The position numbers were made by a program, and so were the translations under genes. Under the pieces are notes generated by a model. The model was not told the DNA's origin. It worked only from the letters and a program-made list of their open reading frames with translations, and made no database searches. A stretch of 62,320 bases of DNA, the filler included, from Catajapyx aquilonaris (Eukaryota): assembly GCA_000934665.2 (NCBI GenBank). It is 2 parts of 2 records of this genome, joined end to end, with 100 filler letters (N's around TTAATTAATTAA, not from the genome) between each part and the next. Parts side by side here need not be neighbours in the genome. Positions count along the whole stretch, not along the records: positions 31,195 to 62,320 come from JYFJ02004586.1; 1 more part is not named here. One strand, given 5' to 3'. Shown piece after piece: positions 51,301-62,320 of the stretch (position 1 is its first letter; the number at the start of each line of letters is the position of its first letter).

Positions 51301-54300
51301 GTACAGTAAAACTTCTATAAGTCGAACTTAACCAAAGTCGGAGAAATGATGATCTTGGTTGGTCACAACAAACAACATCATCATCATCACGACATTTCCC
51401 TATGAGGGGTAGTCAGCGATGAAGGGAGACGCAAGCTAACCCAATCACAATCACAATGTAAAATAATAGGAAATGAACTTCCCTAACTGGAATTTCTATA
51501 ACTCGAAGTGCAGGCAGGGCCTTACGATGGGATATGGATGCATTTTCAATCTTGCTAAGTCAAAGTTCATGTTGGTGAGTACGGAAAATGTTCCCATTTC
51601 CCAGCTGAAGGGTTGAGAGTAGGCCACATGTACAGAAAGGCTCTTTCCTGATCTCCGTCTACCAGTAATGACTCATGCCATTCGCACTGGGTCCGATGGG
51701 CCCAGACCATGGCCTTAGAATACAGAGGTCTGGTCACTCCCCCTCTTATCAGTTCTCATCGCCTTACGGGCCTGACATTGCATTTTGCGGGGGGTGGACG
51801 CTTGATGGCATGTCAGGGCTTTACAGACATGTGTGACCCTGCCGGACTGCTATGAACTTGTAGGTAGAAGAGAGATCTCGCTTCTATACCTACAAGTTCA
51901 GCGCAGTCGTGTAGGGTTGCACATGTCTGTAAAGCCCTGAAATGCGACATCAAGTGTCCACCTCCCGCAAAACGCCCCTTCAGGCCCCTAAGGCGATAAT
52001 AGCTGATAAGAAGGGGAGTGACCAGGGGCTGGCCCAGACATTCCCATCGGTTTGATTTTCCCATTTGGCATGGGGGTTACACAGGGCGAGTTACTCGGCC
52101 GAGCACGAAGGAGAGTAGCTTACTGCGCATGCTCACTCCCCTCCCGAATCAGCTGGCCACCGATTAACAGGGCGCGTTCTCCGGATAGTAGGCTACTGTG
52201 CCACCATAGTCCCTAACTGGGCCGAGTAACTTGCTACATGTAACCCTTGATTCACTGGCTGTCTTAAAGCGAAACAGTATGGTTATGTGTCATTGGTTTG
52301 GGTGCGGAGATTGGCCGTGGAACCTTTTGTAGTGTGATAGTGACCTTTATTTTTAAGATTTGAACACCTTTAGTCTCTGGATATAAAGGTAGGTTTGGTT
52401 TGGGTGCGGAGATTGGCCGTGGAACCTTTTGTAGTGTGATAGTGACCTTTATTTTTAAGATTTGAACACCTTTAGTCTCTGGATATAAAGGTAGGCTTCC
52501 TTATAGAGTTATGTGCTTTAAAAATTCCAAACGTCTCTAACTCGAATCGTCTATAACTCGAAGTTTTTTTCCAGTCCCATGGAGAGTCGACTTATAGAAG
52601 TTTTACTGTAGTAATAGTATAAGAATAATGATGATGGTGATGATCTGGGTGCTTTGACTCATGCAACCTATATCACATGGAACTTAAATCACCCAACAAA
52701 TAACTATAATAGGTGGACAAGTATTTTGGGTCACCCTGTGTGTAGTTTGAATTAAGTTAACATATAATACAGGGTGACTCTAAAGTCAGGATGCATAGGT
52801 AATTGGTAATTGCAATGGTAATTACCTATGTATCCTGACTTTAGAGTCACCCTGTATATTCTTAATCCCATTCCCAAAATTTCAGTGTTATTTTATCCAT
52901 TAATTTGGTGCAACTCCTAGCCCATCCAGGTTGTTGCATAGGAAAATTACAAAGTCTTCTTGAATTTGTGCTTAGATGGTGACTATTGCAATTACTTGTG
53001 CCTGCCCTGTGTTCTCAAATTACATGGTACCATTTTCACTATTCTCAAAGCATCCTACAAATTTGATTGGACTACCCCAGTAATGAGGACCTTTATTTTT
53101 CTTTCTGCAGCCAGTGGACCCTCAGAACATCGTGAATGTAGCCCTCCGCCTTGATGGGGAGAAGGATGACAATGCCCTGAGTGAACAGTTTAGTCTCTTC
53201 TGTGAACGCAGTCGGGATCAGCTGGTGGATCAGGGCGTGCGACGCATCACCTTCATTGTTCTTAGTAGACGACACTTTCCTAAGTTTTTTACTTACCGCT
53301 CAAGAGATGGCTTCTGTGAGGACAGGATCTACCGTCATCTGGAGCCTGCCTTGGCCTTTCAACTTGAAATCAACAGGCTGCGGACATATGAGCTCGAGGC
53401 ACTTCCAACATCTAACCAAAAGATGCATCTATACCTTGGAAAGGCAAAGGTGAAAGGAATATTATTACTCTTAGCTGATATATTTTGCTTTGCGATTGCA
53501 ATTATTGTACCAAAATTATTTTGGTTTGGTTAACCCATCCCTTGCTTTGCACTTGATAGGTGGCGAAGGGACAGGAGGTGACAGACTACCGTTTCTTTGT
53601 TCGTTCCATAATTCGTCACTCAGACCTGATCACAAAGGAGGCATCATTTGAATACCTTCGTAATGAAGGTGAGCGCCTCTTGCTGGAGGCCATGGATGAA
53701 CTGGAGGTAGCCTTCTGCCACCCTTACTCAAAGAGGACTGATTGCAACCACATTTTCCTGAACTTTGTGCCTACTGTCATCATGGATCCAGCCAAGATTG
53801 AGGAAAATGTCAAGAGCATGGTCATGCGCTATGGCCCACGCCTGTGGAAACTGCGTGTCCTGCAGGCTGAACTGAAGATGACCATTCGGCAGACTCCCAA
53901 TGGGAAGACTATCCCCATACGACTCTGCCTAGCCAATGAGAGTGGGTACTATCTAGACATTTCTCTCTACAAGGAGGTAACAGACCCTGAGACTGGCTTG
54001 GTAAGTTTTAGGTTTTCAAATTTTTTTAAAGAAAATGCCTACATTTATTAGATAAAGCCCGAAGTCATGCTACCACCCTTGCAGTTGGTGGATTTGTGAT
54101 AGTACATTTCACTTTGTCCAATCATTATTATAAGTTTCTCGTATTTTTCACTGTACAGGGAGTAAATGAATTCAACCGACAAACTTATAGGGGTATAATA
54201 GAGGGGACCAAGACAAACATTTTTCACATAGGAACCCGTGTCCGCCATCTAGCCATCTAGAGGGGGTTCATAGACAAGGGACGGGTTTGCTCAAACGCGT

Positions 54301-57300
54301 CAGGCGGGAGGCGTTAACGAGCGGACTGTTTAGATACTAGGTGACGCACGGATAGTAAACAGCGTCACGACGAGCAATAACCTGGCAACAACAGAGCCAC
54401 CTAGCAACTAAATCCACTTTGCTAGGTAGCCTGCGGATAGTAAACAAGGGCTCTGCTGTTGCCAGGTTATTGCTCATCGCGACATTGTTTACTATCTGCG
54501 CGTCGCCTAGTAACTAAACAATCCGCTCGTTAGCGCCACCCGCCTGACGCGTCAGAGCACACCGGTTCCTTGTCTATGAACCCCATCTAGATGGCATTTC
54601 CGGACACAGGTTCCTATGTGAAAAATGTTTGTCTTGGTCCCCTCTATTACCCGGTTACCCCTATAATTTTGTCGGTTGAATTCATTTACTCCCTGTATAT
54701 CTCTCACAACCAAAGTAACTTTTCTTACCCTCCTGAATTTTGACAATTTTTGGATTTTCTAATTCTGCTTGGCCTATAGTGTTGAGAAAACATCACCTCC
54801 GCTGCTAATTTCCAATTTAGCAGGGTGAAAATACAGCCAAAAGGTGATGTTCCGAAGCCACAACACTTGCATCCGGTCGCAAGTCGCCGGCCAGCGCCAA
54901 CGGGGGATAAATAGGGTACAGGCAGGCCGTAATGGTCCGCCATCTTTGATGGTTTTGGCGGCCAGGCCGTGGCAGTTCATGGCAAGAACACTCGCGAATT
55001 TGAATATTTTTGCCGTACTTACGGAATTAAAGGAGCTCATACGGCAAAAATATTCAAATTCGTGCGCCATGGCCTGGCCGCCAAAACCATCAAAGATGGT
55101 GGACCTTTATGGCCTGGCTGTACCCTATTTATCCCTCGTTGGCGCTGGCTGGCAACTCGCGACCGGATGCAAGTGTTGTGGCTTTGGAACATCGCCTTTT
55201 GGCTGTATTTTCACCCTTCTAACGTGGAAATTAGCAGGGGAGATGATGTTTTCTCAACACTATAGGCCAAGCAGAATTAGAATATCAAAAAAAAATTCAA
55301 AATTCAGGAGGGTAAGAAAAGTTACTGTGGTTGTCAGAATGGTCGACAATCTTTCCTATTTGTTGTTGGCAGATAATATTTTTGATATTTGATTGTTTTC
55401 TATACTTTTCAATTTCAGATCAAATTTGAAGGTTATGGAACCAAGCAGGGTCCTTCGCATGGTTTACCGGTGTCTACTCCATATGTGACTAAGGACTACC
55501 TGCAGTTAAAGCGATTCCAAGCACAAAGCAATGGTACTACATATGTATATGACTTTCCAGACATGTTCAAGCAAACAATTGTGAAGATGTGGCGTGATTA
55601 CGCAGATGCCAGACCCGGAGGTATTTGAAGTGAAGCTTGCATTGGTGATACCTCAGATGTTTTTCATGTTGCATTGTTTTCCAGAGCGAGTGGAAATACC
55701 CTCACAGTGCATGAGGTATGTGGAGCTTGTGCTGGATGGGTCAGGGAAATTGGCAGAACAGAAGCGACTTCCAGGCGAGAATGAAGTGAGTATTGCCAAA
55801 GTCAAAGACCAGAAAATAATTAATGACTATTAGAGAGTAGTGAGTTTGGTAAAAGACGCAGCAAATTTGCTTAAGCTTAGCTTCATATGCAGGTTTTTTG
55901 TGTGCGTATTATTGGTGCACACTGGCACATATTAGTACACATTTTGGCACTATTATAGTCATAGGAAGTGAAAACATATTGAAGTTGTGTAATTAAACCT
56001 ATTGAGAGTCCATGAAATCATTGCCACAAGGAGCAATAGTTCTTTTGAGTGTGGGTTTTCCTATACTATAGATATGCACTGTACAGTCACTTGATGCAAT
56101 CAAGATCTTATAGCTCAGTTCATGAACTTTTGAGCATCTGTAGTAGAAAGCTTAGACTCCTCTTGGGGGTATTGCACGGACCTTTATTATTAACTTGATG
56201 TACACTTGTACACAATTGGAACCTTTAGGGCCGGTTGCACCAGTCGCGGTATATGGAACGGTATATGGAAGAACCCTGCACCGCGGGTACACGGTATATG
56301 CCATGAAAAACCGCGGGTTTATTCCATAGCGTTGCACCGGTCCAGACAAACGCGGCGTTTTCGGTAGTACGCTGGGTCATGAGAGACGTAAGCGCGCAAA
56401 ATTTTTGGAGAGCGCTGATTGGATCGCAGCACCCGTGACGCAATCCGTGACGTCATGGAAGTATGGCAAGTCGTCTAGTATCTACGGCAACCATGTGGCA
56501 GGGTTGCCACCTGGTGTCACACAGTACACAAAATCCCTGGCACCATGACGACACCATAAACCCGCGGTATAAGCAACTTGTGCTGCCGGATCGGCGGGTA
56601 GATGGATCCGGCGGTAAATGGGAGGGAGAACGGGCCGTTTTAGAACAACGTAGGTGGCGCAACACTTCTCGCGGTATACCGGAGTCAAAACCCGCCGTTT
56701 TCCATATACCGCGACTGGTGCAACCGGCCCTTAGTGAAGCACCCACAGGCAGGGATGAGTGGGAGGGGATATGCAAAGTGCAAGTGCAATGTCTATAACA
56801 GTAAATTTTGTGAACTCCCCCGGGTGGTTAGTCTCAAGGAATCCCACCCAAGACGAAGCCAGAGATGACCCAACTCTGCACGAGATGAAGGGGGGAAGGC
56901 CCGGGCTTGGGGTCAAACCTGGGACCCTTACATCCATGGGCGCATAAGCTTCTGCAGCGCCACTCCGCCTCCCCTCAATATATTCACAGTATAGAGTTAG
57001 GAAGCACATAAAGTACTATTTCTTGTGTGTGACTTGCGTCATGTACTTCCATAACTTCCACTAGTAACAACATCACAAATAATGTTATATTTCTCCCAGA
57101 TAGGAATGGTGGCATGGAAGATGACCCTGTACACTCCTGAGTTCCCTTCTGGGCGTGACATCATTGTGATAGCCAATGACATAACTCATGTGATTGGGTC
57201 TTTTGGCCCCAAGGAAGACCTTCTCTTCCTCCGTGCCTCAGAACTAGCCCGTAAAATGAAAGTGCCCAGGGTGTACTTGGCAGCCAACAGTGGGGCCAGG

Positions 57301-60300
57301 ATTGGACTTGCTGAGGAAGTCAAGCATCTCTTCAGGATAGCGTGGAATGACCCCAGGGAGCCAGACATGGTGTGTTTTAAGTTTCTTTCTTGAGACAGTT
57401 GATGAGGACTTAATACAGGGTGTTTCTTACTAGTCCAGCTGACGGCCGACAGCGTATTCCGTAGGCCAAAACAAGTCGATAATGTAGGGGGGAGAATTGT
57501 CGAAGGACCAACCGTTAACGAGGTAGATGACCAGAAACATTGGCCGGTGGTTGCCGAAGTTGCAGGATGTGAGTGGTGATAATCAATTCTGTGAAAGAGG
57601 TGACCTTGCAAATCTCAACAGTCACGATTTTCATGCTGATATCCAGCTCCCTCAGCAACCATTGGCCAATGCTTCTGGTCAAGGTCATGTTAACAGTTGC
57701 TCCCTTGACATTTCTCTCCCCTACATTTTCAACTTCTTAGGCTTGAATATGCTGACAGCCGTTGGCTGGACTAGTAAGAAACACCCTGTATATCCAAATA
57801 GCATGGATGTGTCATATATTCACAAAAGTGAACCTGCATGTGGTTGATGTTGTTTTTCTAATAATTACAGGGTTTTAAGTACTTGTACCTGACACCAGAG
57901 GATTTTGCAAAAGTTTCTGCACTCAACTCAGTCAAGGCTGAGCTCATAGAGGATGATGGGGAGGCTCGATACAGGATTACTGATATAATAGGTTAGTTTT
58001 TGCACTTATATGCAGTTTATTTTTGTCTGAAAGAGCCGCTGTCTCAAAAATTATCACTTGAAATTGTATTTTTGAAACATCACATGACTGATGAAAATCC
58101 TTAATTAATTTGACACTCCAAACAAAAGATATGGGAGATATTGGAGGCTCTTTTTCATGCATTTGAACAGGATTAAAGGCATTTTTGTCTTGACACATTT
58201 GACTCTTTGGATGCTAGGGACCCATATAGATATATTCCGCACATTATCACAAAATTGTTGGAGACAGTGGCCATTTAAGCATGATTGAATCTTCAGTTGA
58301 TTATATTCTGAGCAGGCAAGGAGGATGGTTTGGGAGTGGAGAACCTGAAAGCAGCAGCAATGATTGCTGGTGAGACATCCCAGGCATACAAGGAGATTAT
58401 CACGATTTCCATGGTGACCTGTAGGGCCATTGGGATTGGTGCCTATTTGGTCAGATTGGGCCAGAGGGTCATACAGATTGAGAACTCACATATCATTCTA
58501 ACTGGCTTCAGTGCACTCAACAAGGTATGTTTATGTTATCTTGTTCCTAGGATATATTAAATAACTAACTAATGTCAAAGCTGAGATCACACTTCTAAGA
58601 AATTGTTCCAAATGAGTAACATTCCTCAGAGAGTCATACAGAGTGTTTCTCTGAGCAAGTTGACAATCTTATAAGGGGGAGGGGATAGCAGTTGATGGAC
58701 TTGTTATTCCTGGACCACATTTGAACTCAAGTCCAGGTTCAGCACAAGGTTTTTTGATCTTCCTTTACTTTCTCGCATGCCACCTACTTTATTTACATTG
58801 CCCAGACTTGAACAGAGAAACTTTCTGTATATTTAATTAATTAATTGAAGAGCCTTTTAAATTACCTTCAATTAGAGATATTGATATCTTGGAATCAAAT
58901 TAAGCACACACATACTATATTTTCTCATGCGGTAGTTACTTTTGTTTAAGGTTTTATTATTAATTTTATGTCTGTCCCAGCTTCTTGGTCGGGAGGTGTA
59001 TACATCAAACAACCAACTGGGTGGGATTCAGATCATGTACAACAATGGTATCTCGCATACCATTGAGAGACATGACTTGGAGGGTATCTCAGCAATCCTA
59101 CGATGGTTGTCTTACATGCCCAAGTACAAAAGTGGCCCTTTACCTATTCTACCTTCTGCTGACCCAATAGAGAGGGATGTGCAGTACATGCCTACCAAGG
59201 CACCTTACGACCCAAGATGGATGCTTTCAGGAAGAAATATGCCAAGTGAGTGATAAATTCTGCAGTTGATAGCAGCCCAGTGGCATTAATCGTGTAATTT
59301 TTAATGATTATTTTAGACAGCTCTGAGTGGGAGACAGGCTTCTTTGATCACGGCAGCTTTGATGAAATAATGCGTCCCTGGGCACAGACAGTCGTGTGCG
59401 GCAGAGCAAGGCTTGGTGGCATACCTGTTGGAGTCCTTGCTGTGGAGACCAGGACAGTGGAGCTTAATCTTCCTGCCGACCCTGCCAACCTTGACTCAGA
59501 GGCAAAGGTGAGGCATTGTACTCATAAATATGGAATTTAGAAAATTCATTATTATTTTTTTTCTGCTTCCAGACTGTGTCTCAAGCAGGTCAGGTATGGT
59601 TTCCAGACTCTGCATACAAGACAGCACAGGCCATTATGGACTTTAACAAGGAGGAACTCCCACTCATCATCTTTGCCAACTGGAGGGGTTTCTCAGGAGG
59701 CATGAAAGGTGAGCCAGTCCCTGAAGCACTGCTGGAATAATCTTATTAACTTGCACAAAACACAAGATTTGAAACGTACCCTGCCTATTTTTTTAGACAT
59801 GTATGAGCAGGTCATGAAGTTTGGTGCATACATAGTGGATGGACTGCGGGAGTACAAGCAGCCCATCTTAGTGTACCTGCCACCTTACAGTGAGCTCAGA
59901 GGAGGGGCGTGGGCTGTTATTGACCCAAATATCAACCCAGACTACATGGAAATGTATGCTGATATTGATAGCAGGTCAGTACTGCCTTATAGCTGACAAA
60001 ACTTTCTTTTGGATTTTATGTTTCTTAGGAGCAGCTTGCCACATTTGGCACTCACTACAGATAGGTTTTCAGTCATTTTTTTAGCCTTTACTGGCACTGG
60101 GGCATACCTGTGTATAGCCACTGGAAAAGGCCACCCATTATTTATTTTTAAAACCAAACCTGAATTATGTGATTCACAGGGGCGGTGTTCTGGAGCCAGA
60201 GGGCATTGTGGAAATCAAGTATCGTCAGAAAGACCTTCTGAAGACGATGCATCGTCTGGACACAGAAATTCAATCTCTAAGGGAACAGCTAAACTCACCT

Positions 60301-61011
60301 GACCTTAGCACGGATGTGAAGGACAACTTAGAACGTCGTCTTCATGAGAGAGAACGCCTCTTGCAACCAATGTACCACCAGGTGGCAGTGCACTTTGCAG
60401 ACCTGCATGACACTCCAGAGCGCATGAGGGAGAAGGGTGTAATTCAAGACGTCATTTCTTGGAGGAAGTCCAGATCTGTGCTGTATTGGAGGCTTAGGAG
60501 GTTGCTACTTGAGCATCAAGTGAAGGATAAAATACGTAGGGTGCAGACTGACCTGAACCATGGGCAAGCAGAGGCCATGCTGAGGAGATGGTTTATGGAA
60601 GACAAGGGTGCTGCAGAGGTCAGTACATAGTTAAAATATTTACAGTGTTCAATGCCAGACATTTCTTGAGAACCATACAAAAGAGGACTCTTTATAATAC
60701 AGTTGAACTTCTATAAGTCGAACTTCCCTAAGTCGAAGAAAATGATGAGCATGGTTGGTCACAATATTAGGAAATAAGCTTCCCTAACTGGAATTTCTCT
60801 AAGTCAAAGTGCAGGGCCTTACTGTATGTTTGTTTTGTTGTTTCCATTGAATTTTGGGATTTTGCAGAGCTACCTTTGGGAAGATAACAGAGTGGTTGTG
60901 GAATGGCTCTCAAGTCAGACGGATGACACCAGTCGGCGTTCCCTGCTAATGGAGAACATGCAGTGTCTCCAAAGGGATGCTGTCATACACCAGGTCAAAT
61001 CTCTTATCCAG
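35986..61011 (+). CDS. ACC: Acetyl-CoA carboxylase, 3'-incomplete; 22 exons: 35986-36230, 40862-41228, 44398-44817, 44967-45347, 45489-45814, 45911-46332, 46801-47515, 47889-48058, 48119-48966, 53111-53449, 53560-54000, 55419-55620, 55685-55785, 57100-57369, 57871-57991, 58316-58524, 58981-59245, 59317-59507, 59573-59708, 59797-59974, 60180-60618, 60868-61011
   Basis: Exons join in frame (6930 nt) with GT-AG introns. Biotin carboxylase motifs [46 protein letters not shown]; biotinyl-lysine motif EVMKM; carboxyltransferase motifs [46 protein letters not shown]. No stop codon reached. The first exon is less certain than the rest. Confidence 0.96.
36266..36355. repeat. (ATT)n microsatellite in ACC intron 1
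   Basis: Direct reading. Confidence 0.9.
38160..38270. promoter_or_regulatory. CpG-rich cluster of CRE and CCAAT motifs (possible internal promoter)
   Basis: TGACGTCA at 38169 and 38252, CCAAT at 38189, ATTGG at 38259, TGGCGGGA, in CpG-rich surroundings; function unproven. Confidence 0.35.
39521..39902. mobile_element. MITE with perfect 29-bp TIRs
   Basis: ATAT|CGTCGCTGTTCTGACAAAACCTCGTAAGC ... GCTTACGAGGTTTTGTCAGAACAGCGACG|ATAT. Confidence 0.9.
40083..40537. mobile_element. Tc1/mariner-type palindromic MITE family C, right end truncated
   Basis: TA|CAGGGTG start; core ccatctagagggggttcatagacaagg shared with 54156-54695. Confidence 0.8.
41308..42189. mobile_element. piggyBac-type non-autonomous element with nested family-B MITE (41434-41800)
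   Basis: TTAA|CCCTGTA ... TACAGGG|TTAA. Confidence 0.75.
42992..43141. mobile_element. 150-bp palindromic mini-MITE
   Basis: cagtgctggacattaatg...ggcgccacgagccactgg mirrored at the right end. Confidence 0.88.
43180..43480 (+). mobile_element. mariner transposase 3' remnant
   Basis: LHHDNA near 43221 and YTPDLAPWD (YSPDLAP motif) followed by LK...RGHRF; frameshifted. Confidence 0.8.
43875..44230 (-). mobile_element. tRNA-derived SINE family S1, full length
   Basis: A-box-like TGGTGCTGCGG, perfect B box GGTTCGATCC, A/C-rich tail, 15-bp TSD GGATGGGGAGTACTT (43860, 44231). Confidence 0.92.
49100..49789. mobile_element. Kolobok-like non-autonomous DNA element
   Basis: TTAA|GGGGGCACTACAGTCA ... 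TGACTGTAGTGCCCCC|TTAA (TTAA TSD with purine-purine termini). Confidence 0.85.
49860..50130 (-). mobile_element. SINE family S1, diverged copy
   Basis: Core gtcattttgtgagttcc...ctcaaggaatcccacc...gagatgaa shared with the other S1 copies. Confidence 0.8.
50943..51197. mobile_element. Tc1/mariner-type MITE family A, copy 3
   Basis: TA|CTGGGTGTTCC...GGAACACCCTG|TA, same internal hairpin. Confidence 0.8.
51304..52608. mobile_element. pogo/Tigger-type element with nested insertions
   Basis: TA|CAGTAAAACTTCTATAAGTCGA ... TCGACTTATAGAAGTTTTACTG|TA. Nested: 76-bp retroposon (51369-51444), palindromes (~51695-52040, ~52072-52246) and a tandem duplication. Partial sister copy at ~60700-60822. Confidence 0.88.
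52293..52495. repeat. Perfect tandem duplication, 102-bp period
   Basis: ttggtttgggtgcggaga...atataaaggtagg at 52293 and 52395. Confidence 0.92.
52770..52854. mobile_element. 85-bp palindromic mini-MITE (Made1-like architecture)
   Basis: TA|CAGGGTGACTCTAAAGTCAGGAT ... ATCCTGACTTTAGAGTCACCCTG|TA. Confidence 0.9.
54156..54695. mobile_element. Tc1/mariner-type palindromic MITE family C, full length
   Basis: TA|CAGGGAGTAAATGAATTCAACCGAC ... GTCGGTTGAATTCATTTACTCCCTG|TA; the whole element folds back. Confidence 0.92.
54702..55338. mobile_element. ~640-bp near-perfect palindromic element
   Basis: aagtaacttttcttaccctcctgaattttga...ctgcttggcctatagtgttgagaaaacatc mirrored; arms ~310 bp. Confidence 0.9.
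56153..56974 (-). mobile_element. SINE family S1 copy interrupted by a Harbinger MITE
   Basis: Head and core at 56734-56974; tail at 56153-56227 matches the tail of the 14410 copy. Confidence 0.85.
56228..56730. mobile_element. PIF/Harbinger-type MITE
   Basis: TTA|GGGCCGGTTGCACCAGTCGCGGTATATGGAA ... TTCCATATACCGCGACTGGTGCAACCGGCCC|TTA, perfect TIR, CpG-rich. Confidence 0.93.
57416..57788. mobile_element. Tc1/mariner-type MITE
   Basis: TA|CAGGGTGTTTCTTACTAGTCCAGC ... GCTGGACTAGTAAGAAACACCCTG|TA. Confidence 0.9.
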
Positions 61012-62194
61012 GTGAGAAATGACCCTTTGACCTTGACTCCCAAAGTAGGCCAGCACTTGCTGCATGCACTAAAAGATTGATTGCACATGTATTTTGATTT
61101 ATGGGCGCTCCCTCCCAAATGGTTTACCCGACCTACAAGTGGTTCTTTGGGGACTGTACCAAGCAGTAGTTAGTTAAACCCAATATACCCTTTTAAATAT
61201 ATGAATGCAAAGCAATAAGTATATTACTTCTAGGTTTTTTGCAAACTTGTTCACAAATAAATGCCCCAAATGGGATTCATGAATGAAAAAGCCCTTGCAC
61301 CTTTCAGCATTATGTCAGTTATGCACTTGTTCTGCCATCAGATATGTTTACAATACCCCTCTCATAGAAGGGGGTCCCTGCACATTGAGCCACCACTGTA
61401 GTTTCATTACCATCCTGTGATAGGAAGCTGTAACTGCAATGTGCAATAGCCTAGTGTTGCTCATCTAGTTACATTTCACTACTACTGCCAGATTAGAGCA
61501 CTTGACCTTATGGCCCATTGCAATTAGGTCGTTCCTTATAGGATGGTAGTACAGTCCTACACTTGTACAGTACTGGGAAAAATTGCCTTGTACCCTGGCA
61601 GGCAGCGCTAATGTGGGAGTGAATGGAAGCATGCATGAATCATCTCACACTTGCACATGCTTCCACCTGCTCCTGCATTGTGCTGCTTGCCGGGGTACAA
61701 GTCAATTTTTTTCAATAGTGTATCTGATGATTGATTATTAGAAAAGTTTAGCTGAGAAGTACTCATTGAAAGAGCCACTGAGATCAATGATCCCTCCTGA
61801 TGGCCCTGTTCACAGCATGCGTAATGAAAAATGGTCAAAAAAGGGAAAAGGTGCAGAAGTGCTGTCAAATATTTCAATTACTGTTACTAAAATTGCTATT
61901 GAAAAAAAAATAATGAGGAAAGATTTACTTTCATTTGTGTATCCCATTTGTGGTGCTTTTATTTAAAAGAGTGCAAAATATTATAAAAGGTACTTGTTGA
62001 TTTTTGCTCATGTTTTTCTACCCAATATCGGTGTGCAGCAGAATCAGCACATTGCCTCCTAACACTATTCGAATAATTTACATTACAGCATTCACATGCA
62101 ATGTTATAAGTGGAAGTGAAAAGTTTTTGAATCCCACTAGTAAACTTAGTAAATAAGTCTTGTATATACGTTGAATAAAACTTGAAATGCAGTA

Positions 62195-62320
62195 CAGTGG
62201 AGCATCGATTATCCGAACCCCGATCAACCGAACGTTTTTGGGTCAGCGAAAAAAGCGCGATTTAGCCACCAAAAAACGAGCCTCGGCTCTCAAGCAAAAG
62301 AAATTGGGCTTTTTCCCCCC
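62195..62320. mobile_element. Left end of a pogo/Tigger-like element running off the window
   Basis: TA|CAGTGGAGCATCGATTATCCGAAC start; other end not visible. Confidence 0.5.

Noticed and set aside
54774..55392. Mirror-image ORFs on both strands (up to 182 aa)
   Set aside because: Consequence of the palindromic element; no recognisable domain
56225..56798. Short reiterated CCGCGG/GGTATA motifs suggesting a CRISPR-like array
   Set aside because: No regular repeat-spacer period; these are subterminal repeats of a Harbinger MITE in eukaryotic DNA
59318..59320. Second AG (cag) four bases after the ACC acceptor at 59316
   Set aside because: Its use would frameshift the carboxyltransferase domain; the upstream TAG acceptor preserves frame
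61012..62320. Search for the terminal ACC exon
   Set aside because: No segment with a good acceptor and an ACC-like C-terminus was found; it probably lies beyond the window

Overview
AT-rich, intron-rich animal genomic DNA, very probably arthropod, with two conserved + strand genes. (1) A complete mitochondrial Rho GTPase gene (Miro/RHOT): 13 constitutive coding exons, 5071-18058, 621 aa by my splicing. It has a GC-AG intron and candidate in-frame cassette exons just before the transmembrane anchor. (2) Acetyl-CoA carboxylase (ACC): 22 coding exons, 35986-61011, 2310 codons in frame, with the last exon outside the window. Between them lie a candidate orphan coiled-coil gene on the - strand, a truncated R1-clade non-LTR retrotransposon with an 11-bp TSD, decayed transposase remnants, and an artificial assembly linker (N44-TTAATTAATTAA-N44). 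Introns and intergenic DNA are packed with short non-autonomous DNA transposons (TA, TAA/TTA, TTAA and 8-bp TSDs), many of them near-perfect palindromes, plus tRNA-derived SINEs and microsatellites. All gene models and family assignments were made by eye from splice signals, frame continuity and remembered family motifs; no database search was run.
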